NCBI GenBank assembly: GCA_028023455.1
Contig: JAQFVV010000010.1
Coordinates: 10,292,001-10,356,000, forward strand
Direction: 5' to 3'
DNA: 64,000 bases
Origin: Epiperipatus broadwayi
Lineage: Eukaryota; Animalia; Onychophora
Shown: positions 37,243 through 51,650 of the stretch, piece by piece
Layout of the letters: the number at the start of each line of letters is the position of its first letter
Numbering within the stretch: the stretch's first letter is position 1
The notes under the pieces: generated by a model
What the model was told of the DNA's origin: nothing
Databases searched by the model: none
What the model saw: only the letters and a program-made list of their open reading frames with translations
Position numbers and translations under genes: made by a program

Positions 37243-37535
37243 ATAGGGTATATGAGCACAGACTTTCACATGACCCACCACTCTCCACACTATCTCATAA
37301 CATTGATACACTTGAACACTTATATGTTGAAAAGATAAATAATCACCAATATATGTATTTCATGCTAAACCAGCAATCATCAGTTAGTCCAGATTACCAT
37401 CTCTACATATATATGCTATAAGTGCTCAGATATATATTAAGATAGCCAATCCTCAAACTTTAATGGACAGGCTTCAATCTATTCCGCACTCCAACTCTTC
37501 ATCCATCTATCCAATTGAAAATCTGATGATGGAAA
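37243..37535 (-). mobile_element. Family B copy with HHR at 37345-37388
   Basis: Minus strand ACTAA CTGATGA TTGCT GGTTT AGCAT GAAA TACATA TA TTGGT; rest matches 22690-22960. Confidence 0.85.
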
Positions 37536-37560
37536 ATTGGTTTTTATAATAACTTAATAA

Positions 37561-37765
37561 CATTATTAAAACAGGCAAAACTCTCCATACAGTAGTGCTA
37601 TTCAGTGTTGACCAGAGTAATCAACGGATTCCAGAAGGCTTGTGCATAAAATCCCATCTAGTGCCTACTCATCCAATATCCCCAGACTAGTTTCTGGCTT
37701 GTATGGAGAGTATTGCCTGTTTTAATAACAGTTATGTGCTAGCATAAGGAATAGTGATCATGTGA
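37561..37765. mobile_element. Family A head-to-head insertion, inversion point in HHR loop II
   Basis: 10-bp TSD AACTTAATAA (37551-37560, 37766-37775). Confidence 0.85.
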
Positions 37766-38299
37766 AACTTAATAATGTCTTAATGTCCAAGATATTTATT
37801 AGAAGGGATCCATTTGCCAACTATTAATTTGTAAATTTATTATTTTATTTCTTTAAAAATAGCATTATTATTTGTAAGTAAATAGTTGTAGGTGATATAC
37901 AAATTATAAAGATATTCTAAGATAACACATGATGAATATCAGGAGATAAAGACAAATTTGAAATAGAATGATAAATGAATACCCAATATTAAATATAAGT
38001 GAGTATTAAGTAGAAAAATAAGAGAAGCTTAAATCAATTTTAAAATTGAGATTTGTTAAAATTTGGCAGTTAATTCTTATGCCATCTGTGCAATTCTGCA
38101 AGAGCTGTTATTAATATTATTATTACAATATAAAAATGATAGATTGAAAAGAAAATGAAATAAATTTTATTTTTTTAATTTATAAATTTTATTTTTTTAA
38201 TTCTAGAATTCTAAAGTATTAAATAATACTATTAAATAATTTTCTACACTAACTAAATTTCTCTTATAGTGAGTATAGATTAGATTTAAACTATATTAA

Positions 38300-38600
38300 A
38301 TCTTAAATGATTCATAACTGTTGTTGTATAGCCTTTGAAATATTTCATAGGTAACTTTTTGGGCAAGCAATCAAAAGCAATTTATATTTATTTGATAGCA
38401 ACAATTTTAATATGGAGGCAATTAAATTGTTTATAGATTTACAATATGCTGATGATTGATATTTTTACCCATTCAGAAGATGTTTCACAGAATGTTCTTA
38501 ATGTTTTAAATGCAATCAGTAAACAAATTGTTTTAAAATCAAATATCGGCTCAAAAAACCAAGAAAATGCTTAGTATCTCAACTGAAAAAGTTAAATATG
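38300..38600 (+). pseudogene. Decayed non-LTR RT remnant
   Basis: DLQYADD at ~38427-38447, followed by an ..SKQIVLKSN.. (GL.IN-like) segment. Confidence 0.5.
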
Positions 38601-38759
38601 AATATTTTCCATTTATATAAATAATATTAATCTGTGGTTCTTTTGCCTTCCAAATAGTTGTTTTTTATAATCACATTTACTGAATTGTTTTCTTAACAAT
38701 AGCAACTGTTATATTTTAATATTCCTTTTTTTTTTTTTTATCAATGCATCTTTTCATCT

Positions 38760-41500
38760 TAATTCAATCCTGTTTGTGCGTGTGTGACTGAAAATTTTAG
38801 TGACAACAGTGACGTCAGCTATTTATATTTGTAGCGGTGTGTACTTGTGAATCTACGTTTTATATGTATATTTGGTTTTATTTTTTTTAAATGCTTATAT
38901 TGTAGAATTATTAGAATTAAAAAAACTAAAGGATTAATAACCCTGGTGCCTAATAGAATCGCATGATTTAATCCCAACTTCTATTTTAAAAAATAACATT
39001 CTTTTGTTTACAAAATACAATAATGGCATCCAATCGATCAATAATATTTATATATGGCCATTTATTAATGCGCATGCACATTATATTTATAGAAGTATGA
39101 ACACACACATATATATATTTATTATTTGTAACAACCACAAATTAGGTTTAATTAATAACTCTAAACGCATATTTTTATACATGCAAGTCGTTCAAAAAAA
39201 GTATAACCGGTGATTACCTTGTAAATTTATTTGCTCTTTTATTATATAGATTTATAATCAAATTTTGGCTCCCAATGACTTTTTTATGCAGAATAATAAA
39301 TATTAAAACTACATATTATAATAAACTATTCTATTATTGTGCTCTGTTAAAACAAACCATTCAAAATAATTCTAAATTAACTAAAACAAGTATATTCTAT
39401 TATATATCAATTCCTATATAAGCCCTCAATTGACGTTTAGCATGAACATTATAATTTATAATTTTAATCTGCAAGATTAGGTGCACTAAATATATATACA
39501 CTATGCTACTTTCATTTGAATTATAATAATTATATACGCACACATACATTTACATTAGGTTTTTTTTAAGAACAATTTGTTGATAGAAGAAAATTTTCAA
39601 ACAGTCGGCAAACAATAAATAATATGTAATCATCAACGATGGTAAAATCCATTTTTATTAACACAAATTAAGATTAATTATAAAGCACTATCTTCATAAT
39701 ATTTGCTTACCTATACAAACCAGTAACATTTATACATATTTTTTCAGATTGTATAAATTAAATATGAAAATTAAATAAATTAAATGGATATAAAGACATA
39801 ATCTACACAGTGTATGCACGCATAACTTTGTATGTGTGTAATACAACAATATAATCCCAATTTATATCACAAAATTGTTTTAATGAGCCCATAAACGCAT
39901 ACACATATATTAGATAACGGTGTGATAAAATTCTGTATAAAAGTGATATTTTAATTTTATACTTTATATATATATAGTGGATTTGTGCTTATAAAATAAA
40001 CAGTGGATAAACGTTATTAATTTTTATTAAAATGCTTGAAAAAATTCCCATTAAATCTATATATTATTCGTATAAAGTATAAACGTGCATTTTTTATATA
40101 TATACGCTGTGTAATATATACACGTTGTGTACATATATGCACGCGTGTATCTGCATGTGTAATATGAATTTTACTAAACCGTTAGCTTGCACGCATATAT
40201 ATATAACATACAAAAGCAATTCATTTATTTTATACTTTATAGAGCGTAATCAAACAAATATTGAGGGGGGGGGGATAAAAATAAAATACTCACCTTTTTA
40301 TAAACTAAGTGATTGGGATTTTCGTCCATCTGTTCATTATTGGAGTCAGTTTTTTTCCTATTTGCCATGATATTAAGCAGAATAGAGAAGTCAGTCATAA
40401 AAGTAAAAATAAAAAGTAGTGTGCTTTCGCTCACTTTTTTTTTCTGCTGCAACTAACGGAAAAGATGAGGATGGGGAAAAGCTCCGTAAAATGAAGATTA
40501 AGAAATACGATCCATTGTAAAATTAAAAACCAAATGTTGCTGTTACTGCCGGCTGCTAATCCAATACCGATTACAAAACTATATACCAGGAAATTGTCAA
40601 AAAACAAAAGCCACAATAGGATAGGGAATTTAACCAAATATTAATCTCTTCCGTTATTATAACATGTCGACGAGGTGTCGCCATTTCATCCTCAATATTT
40701 TCCAATAGAAAATTATGAAGACAACGAATTCTTAGAAAATATTGCCTTTGCTTTAGTGGTTGATATGATATTTAATCATATATAATCAAAATTTAAGAAA
40801 AGTTTCGTTTCGGAAAAAAAGACACAAGCAACAAAATTATCATATGAACGAAATTATCCTCACCAATAACTTCCTCCATGCCGCCATATTGATAACAGTG
40901 CTTAGCCAATAATATGTGGAGGAGGTGGGAATTGCCACATATACTACGTTCAGTTTTTTTTTTTCACGTTTATATTGCCATCTGTTATCAAAATAGTAAA
41001 CCAATATATTATGTATTTAAATCCAACTTACAAGATATTAGCATGTATAAACTAAATAAGGTACAGAAAGCTGTTATATAATAATTTATGTTGTGTGTTA
41101 ATACGTGTTTTAAATTAAAAATAAATAAATAAATAAACTTACGTAAATGATTAAATAAGAAAATAATACGACTATTAAAAAATATAATCCTTAACCTAAG
41201 CTTGATGCTTTTCCTTTACTCTTTTAAATTACTTTAAATATTATCCCATTCTCTTCTTCATTTAAATTTTTTAAGTGAAGGCAAGTTGCTGCAACCAGGC
41301 AATAGAATATAATAGTAGTTCGCATTGCTTAACATTAAAACAGTACTTTTAGATATATGATATATCTTATGAGATGAAAATAGTATCGAATTACTATTGT
41401 ATGAACATACTAATCTGCATGCTATTACTAACTGTTGAATGTAATTCGTCAAATTAAATAACGTTTAAAAATTTTCTAAAGACATTTAATATTTAATGTT
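38760..41500. promoter_or_regulatory. CpG-retaining putative promoter region
   Basis: Frequent CpG; TGACGTCA (CRE-like, ~38811); GCCGCCATATT (YY1-like, ~40880); minus-strand donor-like GTGAGC at 40425-40430. Confidence 0.5.
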
Positions 41501-42049
41501 AAATGATAGCAATTGTCTAACACGTGATTAATACCAAAATGTCATTATCACAAACCTTCAGGCAAAGGCAAACTCTCTACCATTGTGTTTATCTGCAGCA
41601 CTTCATCACTCAACCCTGCATAATCTTTACTCTTCAACACGAAATATATACATAAACATATACTAATCAATATTAAATAACTAGCTAGATTTGATTTGAA
41701 TTCACTACATGAAAATACTGAGCATTCTTGGAGAATTCTTAACTATCTAGCCGTAAAATTTAAACGCTCTCATCTATATTAAGAATAATTTCTTTTAATG
41801 AAATATTAATTTTTTAAGCACTCTGTATCATTTTAAGGAATTGATTATTTAATAGATAGTACATATTTTATATATAAAAATGACATATCCTCACACTGGT
41901 ATATTTCTAGGATGAAAAAGTAATTACCCTTTTTTTAAAATATTCTTACAAATATGCATTTTTAATTTTTTTGAAATATACATTTAATGAAAGGGATTAT
42001 ATATATATAATCTAATAAGCTTGCCAATAGCTTTTTTCAAGCTTTTTGG

Positions 42050-42115
42050 AATATCCCCAATCCCAGACTGGTTTCTGCTTCTGGCTTCCTCTGTGAGGTG
42101 CTAAGATCAAGCATT
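42050..42115 (-). mobile_element. Highly decayed family A HHR-region remnant
   Basis: AATATCCCCAATCCCAGACTGGTTTCTGCTTCTGGCTTCCTCTGTGAGG resembles AATATCCCCAGACTAGTTTCTGGCTTGTGGCCATCATCAGTGAGG. Confidence 0.45.
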
Positions 42116-42349
42116 AGATTTAAAATATCAGGTCAAACCCAGCACTTTATCTGATGGTTAACTATTTAAGAAGAAAAGCTGAAATTTTCAGACATCTATA
42201 TGTCTTTAAATCCAGCTATCTAACTTAAATAACCATATAGCTCTGATCTAAATTCAGATACATCATATATTAATAACTTTAACAATATAAAATCACCAAA
42301 GCCCGAATAACAAAAAAATATAATTGCAAATATATATATCTTTTTATTT

Positions 42350-45300
42350 TTAATTCATGAGTTTCAAGTTTGTGCTTTGCTTTCATTGTTAATCTTTTTA
42401 TAATTTTATGCTGGATTAATAATAATAATAAAAATTAACATTAATGATTTCTTTCTATTCACTTGCGTTTAAGGATTTGGGATACATAAAAGTCAGTATT
42501 GTCAATAATATAATTTTAACTAACAATTTTATACAAACATATTAACATATAATCAATAATATGCTTTTGATTGTGGTGGTAGATTCAGTCTTTATGATGG
42601 ATGCGTGAGTGGTGATTTTTGTATTATCAGTTTAATGCATCCTCACATTTCCACTACACTTAAGAGATTAAAATAAATATATTTAATTTAATTCTCACTT
42701 GATGATTTGATTTAGTTTTGTTTTTATTAAGTCTTTCATTCTTTAGTAGTATTTTATGCTTCCATCTTTTTCTCGATTGTTAAGTGTTTTATGAGCATGG
42801 TCAATAGTTGGTATAATAAGGTTGGGGTATGTTTATTTTGCTTTTAGCTTCATCCCTTGAAAGATTTTTTATTTTCCTTATTTCAAAAAAAAAATCTGGC
42901 TCAAAATTGGCATGTAATTATTGGCATATCATATAGGACTACAATCTTGATTACTTTCTTTGTTTCACTTTCAGGAGTATATATTTATTTATTTTACACA
43001 AAGTGTCATTGTTAATAAATTGGTGTTATTAGATCTAAGTCACTTAAGATCATATTTATTATTTCTAGGAAAGTATACCAAATGCTTATATGGTAGAAGA
43101 TCTGATTATCCACAGTTAAATTTTGTTTTTACCTGTGCATCATTTGCCTTGAGACTGTCTCTGTTTTTTCTGGAATCCATTAAACGTGTTAGTTGTCATT
43201 CACTTCTGAATGGAACAACTTGTTAAAGTCATCAGACTCCATTTTCATGATAATGGTATATTTCCTTGTGAGTTCTAGAAATAAAGCTATGATTTATTTC
43301 CAAGAGTTCATTTCTCAAATATATTTTAAGGCCAGCTCTATGTTGTGTATTATCCTCCTTAACACTTTCATCCTTCAATCTAATTATCCATAATCTTAGT
43401 GACTTCTTACATTAATTTAAATTCACATTTTGTTGATTTTTGTTTAGTCTTAATAAGATTTACTTATATCAAAAAAATTTGAGATTATTCTGTTTTTTAT
43501 AATTTGGTTTTTATATTGTAGGTTGTAATCCTTTAGCTCCATTTTTATTAGAGGCTTATTAGACATTTATATTCACTTAATAAAGGTAAATGGGCCTTCA
43601 TATGTATTGCCTAGTGTATGCAATATAGTACATTTTTGCTTCTTTCTTGGGCATGGATATATATTTGACATATTTAGAATGCATTACATTTAGTCAAAAT
43701 ACATATAGGTGTTCAAAGAAATCTCTTCTTTGATCATATAATCTATGTAGTGGAGTTTCGGATCAATATCATTTAATATTACAGCTTACATTTTAATCCT
43801 GATGGGATTTAATCTTATACCTATTAGATGGTTAATCATGTGAGGAAATTAGTCTGTTTTTCCTCAGTAAGGTTTTAATATATGGGCATTGTAGATGCCA
43901 TGGGTGTCACCTTTACAATACAACCAATATGCGGTTGGATCTAGACATTTGATGATAGTGAATAGTCCTTCAAAGAGTTGCAGAATTTATGGAATATGAA
44001 TCTTATGGTTCACTAACATGTGATGTTTTTATGAACACCTTGTCACCTACTTTGAATTGGTAATTTGTTTTTATTTTATTTTTGTTGTGTTATGGGCCAT
44101 ATGTGTTATTCTTTCACATGCTTCTCTCTGACTCTCTGACCTTTTTCTGGGTCTATAGGTAGTTTTGTAGTTGTTGGTATGTATTTCCAGAATAAAACTG
44201 GTATGTTTTGATTCAAGTGTAGTCTAATTGATATGAATCCTGTTGATTCATTTACATTTCAATTTATTTAATTGACTATGTGATGTATGTACTTTACCCA
44301 ACCTTTATATCTGTTCTCCAAATAGGTCCTGAACAAACATCCAAGTTCCTGCATTACACATTCACAAGGGTTTGATTCTGGATTTCTAATGGAGGTCAGT
44401 ACATGTTTTATTTGTTATTTTATTACCCATTTATTCCATTCTTTGGATAGGACAGGGTATTATGATCTGATAAGATAGTTCCTGGCTTTCCTATCTCTTT
44501 GAAATGGAGGGTGTGTAATACTTTGATGGTATATCTAGTATTTGCTTGGGGTATTGGGTAAGCTGACACAAATTTTAAAAAGAGATCATAGGTTACTAAC
44601 AAATATTTTTGTTTATTCAATGGAAGTAAAGGTCTATAAAAATCTATAGCTAAGATCTTGTTTGGTCTTTCTGGTATGATATATTTTACTGAAGTAATAT
44701 CACTCTTGTTTACTGGTTTGGCTTTTAAGCATATTTGACAATTTTCTATTTCTTTCAGAATGTCTTTGGATATCCTGGGCCAGGAAAACCAATTTTTTAA
44801 TGTTTGTTCAGTTTTTAGCTCTATAGTACCCATATAAACAATGTCCATATTGTATGAGTGGGTTTTTTAATATTTCAGGTATTACTACCTCCACTCAACT
44901 ATGTTTATTTTATATTTCAAGACCTGATTATTTAACTTATATTGATTAAGATTTTTGGCAGTGTACAGAATTTCCTCCCCATCTAAGGTTTTAATGATTG
45001 GGGTTAAATCTTTATCTTGAGATTGTACATTATGGATGTTTATTAAATTGTTTTCTACATTTTCACTGAATATTAAATCAATGTTCATAATGTAGGCATT
45101 ATCTACCAATAAGTGTTGTTGTGCATCAGCTACAATGTTTTTGGATCCTTTACTGTACTTGACTATATAGTTAAATATTTGTAACAACAGACTCCATCTA
45201 ACAAAGCGACTATTAGTTAGGTGGATGTGTTTCAAGAATTTGAAGCTTTTGTGATTGGTTATCACTATAACCTCTGATCCAAGAAGCATTTGTCAAAATT

Positions 45301-46500
45301 TCTGGAAATCCCACACTATTTCTAGTGCCTCTTTCTCAGTAACTGTATAATTTATTTCTGGACCCTTTAAGAGATATCTGATAAAATATAGGATTCCTAG
45401 TTTGCCATCCTCCTGGATTTGGGATAAAGTTACCCCTAGTTCGTAACCATTACTATCAGTTTGTATAAATAGTTTGCTAAAATCAGGAAAAGCTAACATA
45501 GTTTGCTCTATAAATCCTGTTTTAATTCTAGTAAATGCCTCAACTTGCTTTTTAGTCCAGTTCCATTTCTCATCTTTTCTTGTGAGTTTGAGTAATGACT
45601 CCATATGATTAGAGAATTTTTGGTAGAAGCGATATAAAAATGACATAACCCTAGAAATGATCTGATTTGTTTTTTGTTGGTGGGTTTTGGGAAATTATGT
45701 ATACCACTAATCTTATCAGGGTGGGGTTTAATTCCATTATGACCGATAATGTGACTTAAGAAGATTACTTCATTATATACTAGGGTACTCTTCTTAAAAT
45801 TGATCTTTATCTCTTTATTGTGGCACTCTTTAAAGAAAATTTTTATATGTTGAAGATGTTCTTCAATAGTAGCTGATGCAATTATAACATCATCTACATA
45901 TATAGTTGCTATCTGTTTGATCTCAGGAGATAATGTTTTATCTAAAGATATTTTTAAGCCAGTATCACTATTGATTGACCCAAATAGCATCCTATTAAAC
46001 TGGTAAGTAAATCCTTTGTAACAGAGTGTCATGTATTGGAAATCTTCTGGATGAATTTTGATCTGCGAATAACTTGAGGTTAAATCAAAAGTAGAAAATA
46101 CTTTCTTATTTCCAAATTTCACAAATAATTTGTATATGGGTGGTAGTATATTCCTATCAGGAAGTTATTTTGTTTTGTTGTTTTGCATGTAAACACATTC
46201 ACAATTAGGTTGCAATATGGTGAAGCGTATATGGAAATTATTCCCCAATCAATCATTTTATTAATTTGTTTGGATATTTCTTCCCAGTATTGGTATGGGA
46301 TAGAATAGGATTTGGATTGAAATGGTTGACCATAAAATAACTTTATTCTTTTTGGAATCCTTCTATTACTCCTGTATTTTAGAGAATATCATCTGGTATT
46401 CATCAATGATAGATCACAACTTGTTTATATCATCGTTTTCTATTAAATTAGATTTTGTGATTTTTTTTCTATGAATACTTCTGGGATGGTTGATATTATC
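42350..46500 (-). mobile_element. Ty3/gypsy LTR retrotransposon, 5'-truncated: decayed pol plus 3' region (copy 1A)
   Basis: RT, RNase H and integrase in gypsy order; 42350-43770 is homologous to 53265-54466 and inverted to 48640-50130. Confidence 0.9.
44050..46330 (-). pseudogene. pol: Frameshifted Ty3/gypsy pol (RT-RNaseH-integrase)
   Basis: FSTFDLTSSYSQI, YQFNRMLFG and IYVDDVII (RT); LFIQTDSNGYELGVTLSQ and YTVTEKEALEIVW (RNase H); ILAIDFYRPL..KYLLVTYDLFLKFVSAY..PGTILSDH (integrase). Confidence 0.92.
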
Positions 46501-49500
46501 ATGTTATGTATGCTGCCCAAATCTGTGGGGATCTTAAATAAGAGCATGGCAGACTATATTCCATCCTGTTACATATAGTGCATCCAATCATTGAGCATGA
46601 ATCACATATATTGAGATTACAAGTTTTGGCACATCCTGTAACATAGGTCACCAAACTATAGGGGTCCAAAATTATTGTATACATATAGTTCCAAATATTA
46701 GGGGTTCAAAATCATATGATTATTTTGTGATATACTAATAGTTTTAATATGTGATGAATGGAAAATAGACATATGACAAACAGCAATAAACAGATACCAA
46801 TAAAATGGTCATGTAATCAGCCAAATAAACAAAGTATAAAATGAGATATAAAGTAGTGTGTTAAAAAAATAAAAAAATAAATGAACAAAGTGATAATCAA
46901 ACAAAAATTAAATTGTAACTCATGTTAAATATATGACAGCAGGTAAATCCTTACAATGTCTATCAAGTTACTTAATATGCATAGAAAGAAATTAGTTTGA
47001 GATAAAACCACATAAAGTTATTTTACGAAATAAATATAACATAACATACATATTAGATGATAATCAGAAGTAAAATCAAAGCAATGGAATTGGAAACTAA
47101 TAATGAAGTAAGCAAGGAAATTGAAAGGTTAGAAGTACAGGTTGAACAAATACAAAATCCTATTAGGGATAGCTTAGAAATTTCTACTTTTGAAAATATA
47201 GGGGAACAGAATATTAAAATATCTGGGGGAATTGTCTCAGGAATAATCCAACCTTAAGAAATACCAATGATTGTAGAGATACAAAGAAAGGAAGGAACCC
47301 TCAAATGGCCCCATTCTCAACCAGTTGGTGGTGATAATACAAAATTTGTCAATGAAGCTTTCATCAGATATAGTCACTAAAGAAGATATGAAAAATGAGA
47401 AACTATCATCAGATATTATCACTAAAAAAGAAATGAAAAAACAAAATGATTTCAAAATAGAAATGAAAGAAATTAAAAAACGAAAGATGATTTCAATATA
47501 GTGAAAAACAAATTGATGAAACTATCATTAGATATTGTTTTCCTGAAGGTTTGTGATGATGGTGTTCTAGTTGTATTTTTATATTGGACTATTTCCATCA
47601 TCTAATATGTGTGTTGAATGTCTTTAGAAAAATTTAATTTTATTTAAATATTCCAAATACATTCAACTATTAGTAATATCACAGCAAATAGGTTAGTATA
47701 TGTACCAACTGTTAGTAATATCACCCAAGAAATAAAAAAGCATAATGATGAAGGAGATCATAAATATAAAACAAAATTTGTTGAACTCAGAAAACAAATT
47801 GAAAACTGCATTGATAATTTGAAAATCAAATGCAGAATAGATGCCAAGGGCAACAAAACAAACACGTGAAGACTTCAAATTTATGTTGGAAATAAGTTCA
47901 AAGGAATCTAAAGATAATCATAATATAAAATATGAGTCATAAAAATTAAAATAAAATTAAATATTAAAAGTATTATGGAAGATCCCATGATAAAGGAACC
48001 AAGGATAATCAAAATTGATGAATGTCTAGAATCATACCATTGTGGTGACATCTATATTAAGAGTGAACATGAAATGCTTTTTAAGAATACCTTCCTCAAC
48101 TTCTTGATAGCTATCAGAATGGAATGTTTCCATGTCATGCTAATTTTATGAAAGAAAAGTATCATTGTCACAATAAAACTGAGAAGTGATGTGACCATAT
48201 TCAATTGCCTTAAATCTAATTTAATATATTTCAAGGGTCTCTATAATAAAAGAGATTGTTAGGATAGAAAGCTAAGTCAATGGATGGTACTTGAAATTCA
48301 AGTAAATAAAAAAAAAAGTGTAGTCCATCTCTTTGTGTTTATAGTGATGATAAAGGCAATGCTATGGATAAGAAAAGCAGGACTTATCATAAAATGGAAG
48401 ACCATACCATTGGTAATATTCCAATGACTACCAAATATTGGCATAGACATTACCATTCATACAAAATGAAAATGCCAATCACAAATAAATTTTGATTAAG
48501 AGTTAGTGAAGAAGAAAATCATTTTATCTGGTATAAAGATATTATTCTGAAATGCATTCCCTTTGATTTAATGACATATTTATTACATAAATATCCCATC
48601 AGTCTTAAAATGTAAGTTGCAATATTAAATAATATCAACCTAAACCTCCACTGTATAAATTACTTGATCACAGAAGAGATTTCTTGGAGCATCAAGTTAG
48701 GTCATGTATTACTTTGTAGATATATCCACTTAGATATCTATATGTATTTTGACTAAATGTCAAACATATATCTATGCCCAACAAAGAAGCAAAAATGTAC
48801 TATATTCCATAAACTATGTAATAAGCATGAAGGCCCATTCACCTTTATTAAGTGTATAAATATAAATGCTTAATAAGCCCATAATAAAAAATGGACCTAA
48901 AGGATTATGACCTAGGATATGGAAACCAAATTACTAGAAACAGAATAATCTCAAATTCTTTGATATAAGTAAATCATATGAAGTCTAAACAAAAATCCAC
49001 AGAATGTGAATTTAAATTTATGTAAAGAGTCATTAGGATGATGATTAATTAGATTGAAGGATGAAAGTGTTAAGGAGCATAATACCCAACATAGAGATGG
49101 TCTTAAAATATATTTGAGAAATGAACTCTTAGAAATAAATCATAGCTTTATTTCTAGAATTCATAAGGAAGTATACCATTATCATGAAAATGGAGACTGA
49201 TGACTTTAACAAGGTGTTCATTCAGAAGTGAATGACAACTAACCTGTTTAATGGATGCCAGAAAAAAATAGAGTCAGTCTTAAGGTTAAGAAGCAGGGTT
49301 GGCACCATTAGACAGATCTATACATAAATGATGCATAGGTTAGCTAAAACAAAATTTAATTGCGGATAATCACATCTTCCACCATATAAGCCTTTGGTAT
49401 ACCTGTCTAGAAATAATAAATATGATCTTAAATGACTTGGATATAATAGCACCAAATATATTAACAATGGCATGTGTAAAAAAGTCAATAAATACATATA

Positions 49501-51650
49501 CTCCTGAAAGTGAAATGAAAGCAAATAATCAAAATTCTAGTCCTACATGATAGGTCAATAATTAATTGAACACCAATTTTGAGCCCAGATTTGTTTTTGA
49601 AGTGAGAAAAATAAAAAATATTTCAAGAGGATGAAGCTAAAAGCAAAATAAACATACCCCAACTTATTGTACCAACTATTGACCACACTTACAAAACACC
49701 TATCGACCAAGAAAAAGATCAAATAGAGGCATGAAATGCTACTAAAGAGTAAAAGACAATAAAAATAAAACTAAATCGAACCATCAATTGAAAATTAAAT
49801 TAAATGTGTTATATTCATTTTAATCTTTTAAGTGGGGTGGGGGGGGGAGATGTAGGATATATTAAACTAACCACACAAAAATCGCCACTCATGCATTCAT
49901 CATAAATACTAAAACTACCGCACAATCAAAAGCATATTATTGATTATAAATTAATATGTTTGTGTAAAATCGTCAGTTAAAATTATAGTAATGTCTATAC
50001 TGATTTATATATTATATCTCAACTCTTAAACGCAAGCAAACAAAAATCTCTAAAAACAAAAGAAAGAAAGCATTAATGTCAAAATGACATCAACAGTGAA
50101 AATAAAAGTGTGATCTTGAAACTCGTACATCAATCAGTGAAAGATATGACAATATAGAACAACTTCATTCTTTTTAGGAAAAAAGCAAAGGAAGGAGAGT
50201 AAATTATATCTTTAAAAAAATTATTTCCTAAAATTTCTAAAATTAAGTTAGTTATCATCTTAACTGTCCTAAATAGTAGAGTTCATAAGCAACTACAATT
50301 GCAACTTGAAAAGGTCGGTTAAGGAACCCATTACCAACTTCCTTAAAGCTTATATTTTAATCCAAGTTATAAGCTAGAATACAACAAATTATTGTGTGGC
50401 AGGGAAGTCAAAAACATCATGGGAATAGAGCTGCTCATCATGCAAACATGATTCCGGATATAATTATCATTTCAAATTAACATCATGATGACCATGACAG
50501 TAAAAAGATCTACAATGTGCTACAATCCAGCAAAGAAATTATCTCAGAATGGGAAAGATAGTTATAAAAGAGTCTGTCACCAACATAAAGATCCAGATGG
50601 TGACTGAAGATTGTCTGATGAACTACCATCCAGTTCATGCAAATGAACTTTTCTAAAGGCAAAGATACTTGGACAAACCAGAATGTGAACTATATTATCA
50701 TGAACTATGGCAAAACTATGCTGGATTAACATCCCAAGTTATATTTTTTTTTTCTTATTTTGCTTGTTAAATTGGTTTCTTTCTTTTAAAACAGGAAATC
50801 AATCCATCCAACCATTAATTATTCTAGAGGGAGGGGAGTCATCAATTCTATATTTTATTTTTCATTTAATAATAAAATTTAGGTGTAGACTCCTAAACTT
50901 GCTTGCCAATTGTTATATGAGTCTACTGACTTGAAAGATGAGTTTACTCTTATTTAATATTAAGTATTCACACTTTGACAGTTACAATATTTTTTATGTT
51001 CAATGTTTGTGTTTAATTAACTTAATTATTAATTATTTGTTATTCAGAATGAATGACTAAACCCTTGTATGATTGGTCTGAGCTATCATAGATTTATATT
51101 ACACCAGAATAGGAGGAGACTCAGAATCTATAAGCAACTCTCAACAGATCACAAAATATAGACAGAGTAAAAATTAATGACCAAATGATTTCATGGAATT
51201 TTAGTCAGCAAAGAATTAATTTTAAAAATACAGTTTTAAAATTGTCTTCGATGTAAATTTGAGTTTGTTAAATTGGAATAGGAATGATCATTCTTTGTAG
51301 GGATTAAAGGTATGGGTTAATAAATAATTAATAAATACAAACAAAGGATGATCATTCCCACACAATCATTAAATGTTAGATACATACACCACTTTGTTAT
51401 AAAAAAAAAAAACTGTGAACAGCAATCAACAGCAAAATTAATTTATTAAATATTAAATCAAATTTGTTGTTTTTCTATTTTCCAATTAATCACACTATAC
51501 GCATATCCAATGCACACATTAGATACAGAATATTCATACCTTGAAATAGAGTACATGTACATTCTCCCTGAGTTTGAACTCTGTGGCATAATGAGGATCA
51601 AGGAAAGTAAGGAAGGGAAGTTGTGGAAGTGATATATAACGTGACGGATT
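46500..51650 (+). mobile_element. Same-family gypsy derivative lacking RT/RH/IN (copy 1B): leader, gag-like 47057-48300, protease-like remnant ~48420-48520, 3' region, partial 3' LTR
   Basis: 46780-48300 is the reverse complement of 59560-60830; 48640-50130 is inverted to 42350-43770; 50200-51640 is inverted to 51790-53200. Confidence 0.8.
47538..47722 (-). mobile_element. Family C tail fragment inserted in the gag of copy 1B
   Basis: Near-identical to 929-1115; absent from the homologous gag at ~60050-60250. Confidence 0.8.

Noticed and set aside
40431-40637. Hydrophobic 68-aa ORF
   Set aside because: TTG start directly after a stop codon; more likely 5' UTR or promoter sequence.
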